Assembly (NCBI GenBank): GCA_021613535.1
Contig: CP075493.1
Span: forward strand, 248,001-312,000
Origin: Adineta vaga
Taxonomy: Eukaryota; Animalia; Rotifera
Direction: 5' to 3'
DNA length: 64,000 nucleotides
In this document: positions 42,033 to 54,213 of the stretch, one piece after another
Position numbering within the stretch: the stretch's first letter is position 1
How the letters are laid out: the number at the start of each line of letters is the position of its first letter
Program-made: the position numbers and the translations under genes
The notes under the pieces: model-generated
The model's database searches: none
Seen by the model: the letters and a program-made list of their open reading frames with translations, nothing else
What the model was told of the DNA's origin: nothing

Positions 42033-42429
42033 TAGGAACGGACTCTTAATCTTCAGTTGACTATTTGCATACCGCATCCCGAACTTTATATCCCTATTAC
42101 ATTTGCGGTAGACATATATTCCCTTTATATTTATTATTTCTTTTAAACGCTAACAAAAGAGCGTGCACAATAATCACAAAACTATTGTTTTTCACTTTCA
42201 TCGATAAATAGATTATTTTGTGAGTATGGATATGAAAGTGTGTAGTTAACGTGATCATGATTTTGTTCTAGCTAAAAGACTTTTTAGACGACTTAAATAG
42301 CAGCACGTATTCGAATGATTCAAAAATCATAAGCAAAGTACATAACCTATATCTCGATCCAAACAATTGACAAGGAATCATGAAACTCCTATGCTAGGAG
42401 TAGCGGTGTAACCAGAAATGTGAGGGTTG

Positions 42430-42653
42430 CACTCTGTAAAAAAAAGTGTCATAGTGAAACTTTTTTCGGCACCATTTTCAGAAGCTTTTCAGGTTGTAGT
42501 AAAAAAATCTAGCACTTAAAATGGATTTAGCAAGATATGTGGAGCCATAAAAGGTTTTGCACTTTTCTGCTAGAACCGAAAAAAGGTTTCTTGAAATGTT
42601 ACTCAAATCTAGAACCTTGTATGGTTCACTATTACCGTTTTTTTTAGAGAGTA
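42430..42653. mobile_element. CACTC-type MITE
   Basis: CACTCTGTAAAAAAA / TTTTTTTAGAGAGTA; interrupts sequence that is contiguous in the 34990 copy. Confidence 0.7.
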
Positions 42654-42873
42654 GTGCTCAGCCGCCACACTATATCTACGGTATGATGTAAAAATCTCGA
42701 AAGAAAAAATCTCGAAAATTTCGAGAAAAAGACGTTAAAAGTGGCGCTATTTTTCGAGATTTTTACATCAAATCATATCTACTCTCGATGAAACTGTACG
42801 ACACACCTAGTTTTGGGATTATTCTGTCGAAAGAATTCGATTCAAACCTTATTTCTATGACAAAGGGACATCT

Positions 42874-44013
42874 CAATGGGGAAACGACGGATTTTTAGAC
42901 TTTAAGGTACTTTTAAGTACTTGAGATATACTTTGAGCTACTTGAAGTTACTGAAGTTACTTAAAGCTACTTAGACCTATTTGAAGCTACTTCAGGTCAC
43001 TTTAATTTTCCGTAATATATGGATCTGATCTTTATGCCGAATTTTTAGGACTCAAGTTCGTCATAAATTCTGCATAGTACGACATTACGTTAAAATTTTC
43101 TTTAAAATAAAAAAATATTATGTAAAAACTGTTTAGCACGTGTCTTAAGACAGTATATTGAAAACAATGAGATAAAATACAAACATGAATGCTTTGCTAC
43201 GTCTATATGAAGAAAACAAAAAAGAAAGTGTTCATCTGCGGCTTCGTTTTGTTGAAGGACATTACTGTGATTCCGGTGCTATACAACGTTTTGTTTGCTG
43301 GTTAATTGGGATCTTGAAATTGAAATTTTCTTAGGTATTGATTGTGTATCTGTAGTTTCATCAGTGCATACTTGTACAGGTGGCAAACATGCTCGAGATA
43401 TTGGAACATGTAATGATGAGAATATTGATTGCAACTGTTGCTGCTATATCGGTGCTTTTTTGTTGTTTCTTTTGATTTCTGTCATATGAATACATCCAGT
43501 GGAATGCAAGTGTTTAGAATAATTGGACGTTTGTATTTTCGAACGATTACACCATAATGTAATCTTTTCCCTACATTTGCACTGAATAGTAGCTTGCACA
43601 GTACAGTTTTGATCGAATCGAATATTTAATGTAAAATCAATATCTTCTTCTAATTGAAAATTTTCTAAATTAAAATTGCCTCTGTTGTCCTTACATCAGT
43701 TTTTTTTATTAATTGAAGAATATATGGTTTAGGTTCATTCTTAATAATTCTTCATAGAAATTGCATTTTATTTGATAAACCGATAACTTTTCAAGACCAT
43801 CACTCGACGTTTATGATACTTGTCTGAACTTTATGAGACTTTGAAGATACCTGAAATCACTTTAGAGATAGTTAGTTATACTTCGAAGATACCTGAAAAT
43901 ACTTGATGCTAGTTTTAATCTACATGGAGTTACATCTAACAAATTGTTTGTACTTCAAGTTACTTTTAAACTTTCATATACTTTTGTACTTGAAGTCCGC
44001 CGTTTTCCCCTTG
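42874..44013. mobile_element. P-element-like deletion derivative with a coding remnant
   Basis: CAATGGGGAAACGACGGA / TCCGCCGTTTTCCCCTTG; flanks GGACATCT/GTACATCT; TACTT/GAAG subterminal repeats. Confidence 0.75.
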
Positions 44014-44721
44014 GTACATCTGCTATTGCTCAGCACACTCTGTGAATTGTGGGTGTGTAGCATGAGAACAGATAGGAGAAAGTGCAAAGATGCCTCATGT
44101 ACTTATATAACTTTTGGAGAAAATATGATGTTTTCTGCATTAACTCCGTTTGGATAACGTTAATGTTTAACAAACAAACGTGTTCCTATAAATCTCTCAG
44201 GAATATGTGCGCAGAAATATCTCAAAGAAAAAACACATAAAGTTGGAGACAAAACGAGAAAAAACATAATCAATGCTTTAAAGACTACATAACTGATAAC
44301 AAAATTCATCAAAAAACACCAATATCACTAAATTTTTGAGTACTGTATTAAAGTACATTTAGAACTATTTGTTAGGTGTTTGGTCTCTGTAAATGACCAA
44401 CTCATGTGTACATACAAACAGAATATTCCAAAGACAGTGGAAACGCATAACTTTTTATTCCAACGTAATCTGATAACTGTTATGAACATCTTTCTTCGAA
44501 ATTTAGTTCAATGTCACGTTCAAAGGAAATAATACTCAGTCGATCATCAGTCATTCTGTTTCTAGTTGTCGTTCTGATCATTTTCATTTCTGAGAACGTT
44601 CCTTTCACGTGTCTTCGATGATACTGGTATAGAATGCTCTTTTTATCAATTTAACAAGTGTTGATACAGCTCATATGTAGGTCAATGCTGTAGATATGCA
44701 ATGGTTTCATTATTGCAAGAC

Positions 44722-45203
44722 GATATTAATAATATCGATAACATAATATAAAGACTAGAACGAATTTTGTTTGTTGAATACATGAAAACTTTTATGTAGC
44801 AGGATTTTTCGAGCTTTATCGATCATTTTCATCGATACGACTAACAAAATTCAATGAAAGAAAACAGATGTTGCCATTAGAAAATTAAGAACAAATATGA
44901 AATTAAATGTTGAGAATTTAATTTTGAACTAATTTTGTTGGGTTTCAATGACTAACCTTAACTTGACATCAATAACTAATCATGGCAATGGATACAAAGT
45001 GCTTCATTTGTCAGCAATAATGAATATATTTGGTGTTGATAACAGATTATTTTTCTAGTTATAACATCTGTTTTCTTTTATTGAATTTCGTTCGTGATAT
45101 AGTTGAAGATGATCAATACAGGCCGAAAATTCCTGCTAAAATAAGTTTTTATATTTTCAACAAAAAAATCGTTCTAGTCTTTACATTATGGTACTGATAT
45201 TAA
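44722..45203. mobile_element. Diverged fold-back MITE
   Basis: Inverted arms of about 160 bp (AAAGACTAGAACGA / TCGTTCTAGTCTTT; AGAAAACAGATGTT / AACATCTGTTTTCT). Confidence 0.7.
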
Positions 45204-46081
45204 AATCTCATGTATTATTACGTCATAATTATAGAGATAGTTCAGCTTGAAAAATAAATTCAATTGTGACGATTTCCGATCCAAGAGATGAGAATAAGTA
45301 TGTGTATTCTTTTATTTCATCCAAAGAAATCGTATCTATACTGTATTTCCCTCGTCCTTATATAGTTCTCGGTACATACAGTGTCACACTACAGAAAAAT
45401 ATCAAACTCCATAGATAATATGTAAAACCTGTTGCTATCATTAAGTGAGGTTATGGATCAAAGAAGCATGCGATCAAAGTTCGCTCTAGAGGAAGATAAT
45501 CTATGTCAAGCATGAGGGAAAGTCCAAACACATCATGCATAAGAGTGGAACTATCATATGGATATCATATGAATGTCACATCATAAAAATATATAAGGAA
45601 AGAAAACATATGAGTATATCGATAGCTCTCCGTTGAGTACATAAGATAAGAGGTTAATATCTAAGTGTAAACAGAAAGAAGGAAAATAGAGGATGATCGT
45701 TTAGCTCGCCGACACAAGAGAAGAAGAGAAAAGGAAAAGGAAAAGGAAAGAGAAAGTATGGAGAAAAGGGAAGAAGGGAGAAATAAGCTCCAAGGACAAA
45801 TATTGTAATGTATGAGAAGCAGAAAGATAGTGTACAATCATTGAGATTGTCACATCAGTCTCAGTTGAAAAAAGATTATATAAGAACGGACGTCTTTTCA
45901 TGAAATTTCACTCGTCTTAAGTTTAAATTTATAAACGCTAAAACGTGGGTGGCAGGACTGAGCCCCTGTTGGTCCCACCTTAGTTACACCGCTACAGAGC
46001 ACAGATAAATAACCTTATAGTTGGTATGATTGAGTGTAGAGTGGGGTGTAAGAAGATTCGCCATGAACAGGTTCGTTCTTT

Positions 46082-46493
46082 TACAAGGGACTTCCCAGAT
46101 TAAAAAAATTGATGCTTTACTGAGCCTCCAAAAAAAGTTCCGTCGCTACGAAAAAGTCTCCAGACATGTTCACAGTAGCAAAATGCAAGACCTACACAAT
46201 TTCACATGAAAATCGAATGGTTCGGCATTAAACTCTAATATTCTTGTAGAGTTTAATGCAAAACTTTTAGAGTTTCGCATTTAGCTACGAAACGTATTTT
46301 TGATGCACTGAACTTAAAAAATGTTTCGCGGTAGAAGGACCCTTCTGCCGATACATGGCACAATCCTTTAATGATTTTGTAAGATTTTTTATCTTGTTTT
46401 TGGTACCGTGGACATGTATGAAGACTTTTTCGTAGCGACGGATCCTTTTTTGGAGGCTCAGTAAAGCATTCATTTTTAGGGCGTTCCTCCGTA
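46082..46493. mobile_element. Mariner-like MITE
   Basis: About 100-bp inverted arms (ATGCTTTACTGAGCCTCCAAAAAA / TTTTTTGGAGGCTCAGTAAAGCAT), TA-flanked. Confidence 0.7.
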
Positions 46494-46709
46494 CAGCATA
46501 AAAATGACTCAAATATTCATGAAATTCTGACAAAGAACTAAAATCAATTCAAACTAATATTATAATATCTCAACACAACTTATAGCAATAAATTGATTCA
46601 TCAGAGAGTCAGGTTAGGAAACCAATAGAATAGATTGTCAGCTTCATATATGAGCCATGAAAGGGTCATCAGCGAAAGAGAACGAAAGAAAGATAGAATG
46701 GAGAAAAAG

Positions 46710-46782
46710 TGACCTTCGTAGGACTCGAACCCACACCTTCTGCTATCTGGGCAGATGTCCTAGCCAGTTAGACTTGAAGGAC
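46710..46782 (-). pseudogene. tRNA-like sequence (pseudo-tRNA or SINE head)
   Basis: 73-nt cloverleaf: acceptor GTCCTTC/GAAGGTC, anticodon stem TCTGC/GCAGA, T arm GTGGG-TTCGAGT-CCTAC, followed by T5. The loop CCAGATA lacks U33 and purine 37. Confidence 0.75.
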
Positions 46783-46902
46783 CAACTTAATCTCCAGTTT
46801 AGGGTTGTGTGATTCATCGCAAACGCTAACATAGATATCAATTGCTTATTAGATTGACGAAAAGCGTATGAGCTTGCTTTTGCTTTTGGCTTCTCATATA
46901 TA

Positions 46903-48557
46903 TAGGGTATAGCAAAATTATAGACCCCCTCTCACACATGCATACAAAAACCTTTCTTTTATCTCTAAAACAAACGATAATGAACAAATAATTGCATGAT
47001 GGTGTATGACTGCATGCGTACTATCTACCAGCCTAGTATTCTATTTGCGTTTCCCTAATAGTTAGAGAAAAAAATACAAACTCATGAAAATTTGCTGTTC
47101 CATAATTATAGACCCCCCTATGCTAAACATGTATTTGTCGATTTTCTCGAGTCAATCAACGGTTGATTTCTGGGATTTTTCTCAGATATAAACTACATTC
47201 TATCTACTCTCTTTACTTTGAGCTACTATTTGCCAAGGTTCTCTCTTGAATTTTCATCATTATGAGAGTTTTCCTGATGTCTTATCACTCATTATATTAT
47301 CTTGATTGAACAATTCTTTTTTTCACAATTTTTATCTGGTCAGAACTATTCTGCTAGATGTGTCCTCGTGAAAGAGGATGGTTCCAGTTAAGATTATGAT
47401 GATTAAAATATCTTCTGATAGAGTTTAACGTGGTACCTACCGTGTTATTTCACTATTATGTAGTGTCTTCGTGAGAAAGTCATAGAATTACACGGCCACT
47501 TGAGACGGTTAACTGAATCCAATGGCGTGGTTAGAAAGAGCTCGTCAAGTTGTACTAGAAGATCTACAAACAGAATACAGGAAACATATCTCTTAGACCA
47601 AAGATGCATACCATTGAACATTGACGAAACACTAAACTTATGAAAAATTTGACTGTCATCGTCGGATCGCATTATTGTGACGGGTGACGAAGGAAGCTGA
47701 AGTTTTTCCGCTTTATCTACTTTCGCGATCAGAGAAGACTTTGAAAAAGGTAGATAGAATTCATCACAAACTGCGCATAAAAAATGTATAAATATATTTT
47801 TCTTTACCTGTATATATAGCTATTTGTCAACATTAACCAATCTTGGTGTTATGGACCTTTGATCTGAGCAATATGTTTCCTGTATTCTGTTTGTAGATCT
47901 TCTAGTACAACTTGACGAGCTCTTTCTAACCACGCCATTGGATTCAGTTAACCGTCTCAAGTGGCCGTGTAATTCTATGACTTTCTCACGAAGACACTAC
48001 ATAATAGTGAAGTAACACGGTAGGTACCACGTTAAACTCTATCAGAAGATATTTTAATCATCATAATCTTAACTGGAACCATCCTCTTTCACGAGGACAC
48101 ATCTAGCAGAATAGTTCTGACCAGATAAAAATTGTGAAAAAAAGAATTGTTCAATCAAGATAATATAATGAGTGATAAGACATCAGGAAAACTCTCATAA
48201 TGATGAAAATTCAAGAGAGAACCTTGGCAAATAGTAGCTCAAAGTAAAGAGAGTAGATAGAATGTAGTTTATATCTGAGAAAAATCCCAGAAATCAACCG
48301 TTGATTGACTCGAGAAAATCGACAAATACATGTTTAGCATAGGGGGGTCTATAATTATGGAACAGCAAATTTTCATGAGTTTGTATTTTTTTCTCTAACT
48401 ATTAGGGAAACGCAAATAGAATACTAGGCTGGTAGATAGTACGCATGCAGTCATACACCATCATGCAATTATTTGTTCATTATCGTTTGTTTTAGAGATA
48501 AAAGAAAGGTTTTTGTATGCATGTGTGAGAGGGGGTCTATAATTTTGCTATACCCTG
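46903..48557. mobile_element. 1.65-kb fold-back element with about 690-bp near-identical TIRs (Tc1/mariner-type ends)
   Basis: TA|TAGGGTATAGC ... GCTATACCCTG|TA; arms 46903-47589 and 47871-48557. Confidence 0.92.
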
Positions 48558-49321
48558 TACATAAAAGTAGTCATATTTTATGTCATTTTATTTCTTAAAG
48601 AGGTATCATCACTTTTATCTATATGTCTCTTCCTGGCTCTCTGTCTTCTCTGGGAGAGGAAACATTCCTTTATCAGATGTCTCTCGTCTTTTTTTAATTA
48701 GTTTGATCTTTTCATTTCTCTGATCGTATTTCATTCTCCATTTCTTAAAAAATTATGCATATCAGCCATCATACCAAGCGGGATCGAAAAGAAATTTCAT
48801 TTTTCAACTCAAAATTATTCAACCAACTCTTGTGTACAAGAACATTGGATTGGTAAAAAAATAATCGTCGAACAGTTTTTGATAATTTTCACGAACAAAA
48901 ACCTGAAATAGAAGGTAGGGAGATTTTCTTTGATGTTAAACCAAATATAATAATCAGTAGTAAAAAAGTTATAAATAGCTATCTTCATCTTTCATTATGC
49001 AAAAATCAATCTGATGCGCCGGGTATTGTTTAAGGAAATTCGTGTTGGAGAATGAGATCCGTCTTCTATCACGCTTGTTGCTATGATTGACATCACATAA
49101 CTACGTCATCATTTCGATATTCATCATTTTTTAAGAAATGGAGAATGAAATACGATCAGAGAAATGAAAAGATCAAACTAATTAAAAAAAGACGAGAGAC
49201 ATCTGATAAAGGAATGTTTCCTCTCCTAGAGAAGACAGAGAGCCAGGAAGAGACATATAGATAAAAGTGATGATACCTCTTTAAGAAATAAAATGTCACA
49301 AAATATGACCATTTTTATGTA
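48558..49321. mobile_element. Fold-back element with about 200-bp arms
   Basis: 48558-48760 is the near-perfect reverse complement of 49120-49321. Confidence 0.85.
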
Positions 49322-49610
49322 TGTGCGTGGCCAACAGTGGTCGATGAATAAGGCTCATTGCATAGCTATTTAATGAACTACACGACTATTTCATTCATTC
49401 AATCGATTGTCACAGTTAACAACAAATTTATATATATACTTATCATAACTGCTTTATATCTTTACATGTTAACACAAAGCAGTTATGAATATTGTCATTT
49501 ATCTACCTATTTTATTGTTAATCTCACAATCAGTTGTTCATAGTAGATATATACATTATTTACTAATTTGTTTTCGATCAGAAGTTTGAGGGATTTGCGC
49601 GCATCATGGG

Positions 49611-50213
49611 TATTGGTAAAACACGCGATGGACTGCGAAGACCTCCAAATCATCAGCCGATATTACAGGTAGACAGAGCTCGCCGAGCTGATTTCACGAT
49701 GATGAACGATGTTCCAACTGCCCGTAATGTACGAGAGATTTTCAAGAAACATTAATTGTTCAACCTACGATGACCCTCAATGACCCGAAAAATATAGCAA
49801 ATACTCTTACGAAGAGCGATTGCAGCTCGCGATGACCCAAATAAACCAGAAAATCTTATCTCAGCACTACTTCCATTATCAAAATCTGCAGACCTTCGAA
49901 TGTCCTGATCCGTTATTCAGCAGGAGTGTGACCGATTATGCACGTTTATTTTTACTAGAGAAGATAGTCATATAATCATGTTTTCTGGTTTATTCGAGTC
50001 ATCGTGAACTGCGATCGCTCTTCGTGGGGGTATGTGCTATATTTTTCGGGTCATCGTAGGTTGAACAATTAATGTTTCTTGAAAATCTCTCGTACATTAC
50101 AGGCAGTTGGAACATCGTTGATTTTCGTGAAATCAGCTCGGTGAGCTCTGTCTACCTGTAATATCAGCTGATGATTTGGAGGTCTTCGCGGCCCATCGCG
50201 TGTTTTACAAATA
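49611..50213. mobile_element. Fold-back element with about 240-bp arms
   Basis: GTAAAACACGCGATGG ... CCATCGCGTGTTTTAC; arms about 49611-49853 and 49980-50213. Confidence 0.85.
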
Positions 50214-51298
50214 GCTATACAACATTGACAGAATCCAGTTTAAAAATACAATTAAATAATTTATTCTTTCTTTTCAATGACTACATAAATTTACAGGTAT
50301 CAATAAAAGTTTTTTCCAGAAAACAAAGATCATATTAGATGTGAAAAAGAAACCCATAGCATGATTAGAAATAATTTCTTATGAATGACACAAAGAATTG
50401 AATAAATGAAGTTTCATTTCATTAAATCTAATCGAAATTTTTATTTTAACTAATTACATTAGATTGAATAAATTAAAAAAATAAAATATCTGGTGAACTA
50501 TACAGACCCTCAAATTCTTTTCATACTTTTCTAATGCATATGATTAAGTAGAAGAAAGATTAACGAAAATCTATAAATAGCCGCACATTATTTAATTAGC
50601 GAGGTCTCATTAAAAAGTACCTTTTCTGAGATATTTAAATAAGCAATTCTTTCCCTAAATCGCGAATGATTTAATTAAAAAGTATCTCTCTTGAGAAACT
50701 ACAGTATTAAACAAGTAGGTGCATTTCATTTCAACTCTGCGAGAAAAGTTGGTACGTTATTCTCCATAGAATCTCAAATGGAACCTGCTGAAAGAGAACT
50801 ATTTTTTAAATTGATATGAATTACATAGCTTTATTGTCTCCCAGATGCCTTTGTCTACGTGAATATTACTATACAAACAATGTCTGTGAAAGATAAATGG
50901 CTAGAGGTCAACTAGCCACTTCCTCTTGAACATCTGCTTAGATTTAATTAGGATTCTTGACATCCACTAATCAACATATAACGATCGTCGAAAAACTCGC
51001 TCAGCTCTTTCTCATACAAGTCAAATTTTAAGCTGCTATCGTGCCTTTTATTCATACAATTTGCCAAGACTAATGCCAGATTCGGATTCCTCGACCCCGA
51101 TCACTTTCGATTCAAATATTTCATAATTTGAGACGAGTTTCAAGTGGCTTATATCCTGCTGTTTCCTGATTGGTTCAGGGTGACAAACTTTTTGCATTTA
51201 AAACCAAGATTACAACGCTCTATAATCCTTTCTTTCAGAAAAAGGAATAAAATGTACGCTTTGGAATTACAAGCAGTTCGGTTCATTTTCGACAGATA

Positions 51299-52568
51299 CA
51301 GTAGAGTGCAAAAATAATTGCCGATGGACTTCTCAAAGTTCTTCTCAGAGAAACATCATATACTATGACTTTTGAATGTTGTTATGTTACTATGATAGTA
51401 TGCTATACAAATCAAATTATCATTACAAACTTCACATTCTCTATGAATTTAAAGACGGTAATAAACTACGTTCATCGAAGGAGTAAAACAAATTACAAAT
51501 TACGCACAACTTTTAATACAGTTTTCGCGTTAGAATCTTTTTGATTTAACGATATTTCGAAGTTTTTCATTCATATCAATTGAATAAATGGTGTTAAAGA
51601 ATAATTGAACTAGATTCAGACTTGTGCAATTAGGTAGCCAAACGGCAATTTTTTTTGCACTCCATTGTACATGTATATCAATCTGCCATCAAAAGCATTA
51701 AGAATTATTGTACTTTTATCTCATACACGCTCATGGTTGTGGGAAACCATCTTACTCCTTAATGTTGATTATTATAGGAGTTAATTTCACCCAGGAAACA
51801 ATTCAGTTAAATTTCGAAGACTTGTACGAGTAAATACATACAGTGGAGTGCAAAAAAAATTGCCGTTCAGTATATCGATTTTCTTTAAGACTGTTTCGTA
51901 CGTTCTTCAAGCGATTATTCTCGCATTATGTGGAAATGTTAGGTACTACCTTGATGTATTTAGTGAGACCAGAATTGCTCGATAACTGTTATGTATTTGC
52001 GCAAAAATAAGTTATAATTCGAGTGTCATATGCATCTGATCTTACCAATAAATCATATTACACGTTTGAAGTAATGATCACCGGGAAGAAGTTTGAAACT
52101 ATTGTACGACGATGGTCCTTACTCACAATAGTTATGATAAAATTTTCAGGGTCAAAGAGTGTAGCACTCTGTTACAATATGACTAACAATATCATTCAGC
52201 AGCCGTAAATAGGCAAAATTACCGTTTGGCTACCTAATTGCACAAGTCTGAATCTAGTTCAATTATTCTTTAACACCATTTATTCAATTGATATGAATGA
52301 AAAACTTCGAAATATCGTTAAATCAAAAAGATTCTAACGCGAAAACTGTATTAAAAGTTGTGCGTAATTTGTAATTTGTTTTACTCCTTCGATGAACGTA
52401 GTTTATTACCGTCTTTAAATTCATAGAGAATGTGAAGTTTGTAATGATAATTTGATTTGTATAGCATACTATCATAGTAACATAACAACATTCAAAAGTC
52501 ATAGTATATGATGTTTCTCTGAGAAGAACTTTGAGAAGTCCATCGGCAATTATTTTTGCACTCTACTG
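51299..52568. mobile_element. Tc1-like composite fold-back element
   Basis: TA|CAGTAGAGTGCAAAAATAATTGCC at both ends; about 345-bp identical arms; two extra internal terminus copies ending at 51667 and starting at 51841. Confidence 0.9.
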
Positions 52569-53051
52569 TAACTAAAACAATGCTTATCTGGTTGCAAAAA
52601 TTCCTCTCAATTTCGGGGTCGTCAAACAGAATTACATATTGTCCTACGGCCTCATGTGTTGAGCTATGTTGGAAAGCTGTTTCTTCTGAAAACGATATAG
52701 TTCTGTCACTGATTTCCTAGGATACCTGAAACTATGGAAATCGACATAGCTGGATCAGTTGAAAGCGAGCTGTTATTTTAGTCCATTGATCGAATTTAAT
52801 AAACTCAACAGAACTGGTCCCTTAGTGTTCAATGTCGCAGAGTAAGACGAGTGCTCCCAGTTTACTAATGTGATGGAGAAAATAGCATGGAGTTAGTATG
52901 TACGATTCATGTACATTATTTTTTTATTACAGACTTCTCATAGTATACGACAGATTATAAGAAAATGCATAAATTTTCCTTTCGCTATCATAAGTCTTTA
53001 TAGGTGTTCACTTATAATATAGGTGGATACAAACTGGCTTGTGAAAATACA

Positions 53052-53474
53052 TCATTTGCTTTGTGTCTCAGCCAGTTCTTTTGTTTTTTGTATAGATGTG
53101 ACTATTACTGATTTTGCTACCATCCAGGGTAACCGATGACCAGTCTTAAGTTCCAACCATTGTTCTAATACTTGTGTATCACGATTGTATCGATGCACAA
53201 TTGCTACTTTCATTGGAGCCGAAAATTTAATTTCACCTTTTTCTTTGTCACAATAGATCCTCTCCGTAGTTTGATGTGGATCACCTTGCCACGATACCCG
53301 AACAATATGATCTCCATGGTCCTCAATCGATAACATTTTCATAAAAGATAAGTATTTCTCGGGATGATAAACGCTATCCATCATCGCGTCCCAAACAGCA
53401 TCATATGGCGCATTAATTCGCTGACTTTTCACGCCAAAACCAACTAATTCTTCGCCTTCCTTGAAAACTGGCAT
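53052..53474 (-). CDS. SRPBCC/START-fold protein (polyketide cyclase/AtaL-like), intronless, 140 aa from the first ATG
   Basis: S..INAPYDAVWDAMMD...HPEKY pattern, beta-rich core and C-terminal helix; TATAAAA about 100 bp upstream on the minus strand. Confidence 0.7.
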   Translation of the reverse strand: MPVFKEGEELVGFGVKSQRINAPYDAVWDAMMDSVYHPEKYLSFMKMLSIEDHGDHIVRVSWQGDPHQTTERIYCDKEKGEIKFSAPMKVAIVHRYNRDTQVLEQWLELKTGHRLPWMVAKSVIVTSIQKTKELAETQSK

Positions 53475-54134
53475 GAGTGACAAGCAATCTAAAAGCGTAT
53501 GATCTAATTATTAAAAGTTGATTAGATATTCTCTTTGACGAAAGGATTCAGTCCAATGTATTTTTCAGCTATCTTTTATAAGTCTCCAAACTATCGATGG
53601 AATTTCTGAGCGAATAAAATTAGCTGACTTTCGTCCTGATGTGATTTTTAACGGTTAACAATGGAGAAGCGACAAAATTATTCGGTTAACATCTTGATTA
53701 CTGTAGGCTGTTATAACAATACGCTTTACTTCATGACATAAGATTTCATATTCGCTTTTAAATCAACGAAAAATTAGTTTGCACTAACGTAAGTTTGTAT
53801 ATTAGAAAACTACTAAGTAATCTGCGTGCACACAGATATGCTTATATAATTCAAAACGAATAGCGAAAAAACGAGAAAAAGCGATTCGACAGCGTCTATT
53901 TATATTTAAGGACGTGATACTCACGCTTGGTTGGCGATTAGCGTGTATATCTTCAGTGGTTATTTACAAGACTGTAGAGACTGTCCTCTTTGGATTTCCT
54001 ATTGTCAGTCCTTTTCTTTAATTCGTGCTTGGAGTTGGATTCCATGTACGTTACTATAGCCATATCAAGTGGCAGATTCAGAGATTCTGACGGATCACTT
54101 CCTGAACCTGCGTACCTTATTCAATTTAAATTAT

Positions 54135-54213
54135 ACCCACAACCACACCCACACCCAAACCCAAACCCACATCCACACCCTCACCCACCCACACCCACAC
54201 CCTCACCCTCACC
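54135..54213. repeat. Telomere-like hexamer tract (CCCACA/CCCTCA/CCCAAA)
   Basis: About 13 mixed hexamers. Confidence 0.8.

Larger units (their letters stand above)
42401..45994. mobile_element. Second member of the 34990 hAT-like family, expanded by nested inserts
   Basis: TAGCGGTGTAAC ... GTTACACCGCTA; both terminal 50-bp segments resemble those of the 34990 element; no TSD seen. Confidence 0.65.

Noticed and set aside
46710-46782. Functional tRNA-Ser(AGA)
   Set aside because: Lacks U8, U33, purine 37 and the long variable arm, and has an acceptor-stem mismatch.
50560-52870. Old pseudogene split by the Tc1-like element
   Set aside because: Composition looks coding in places, but no consistent frame or motif could be supported.
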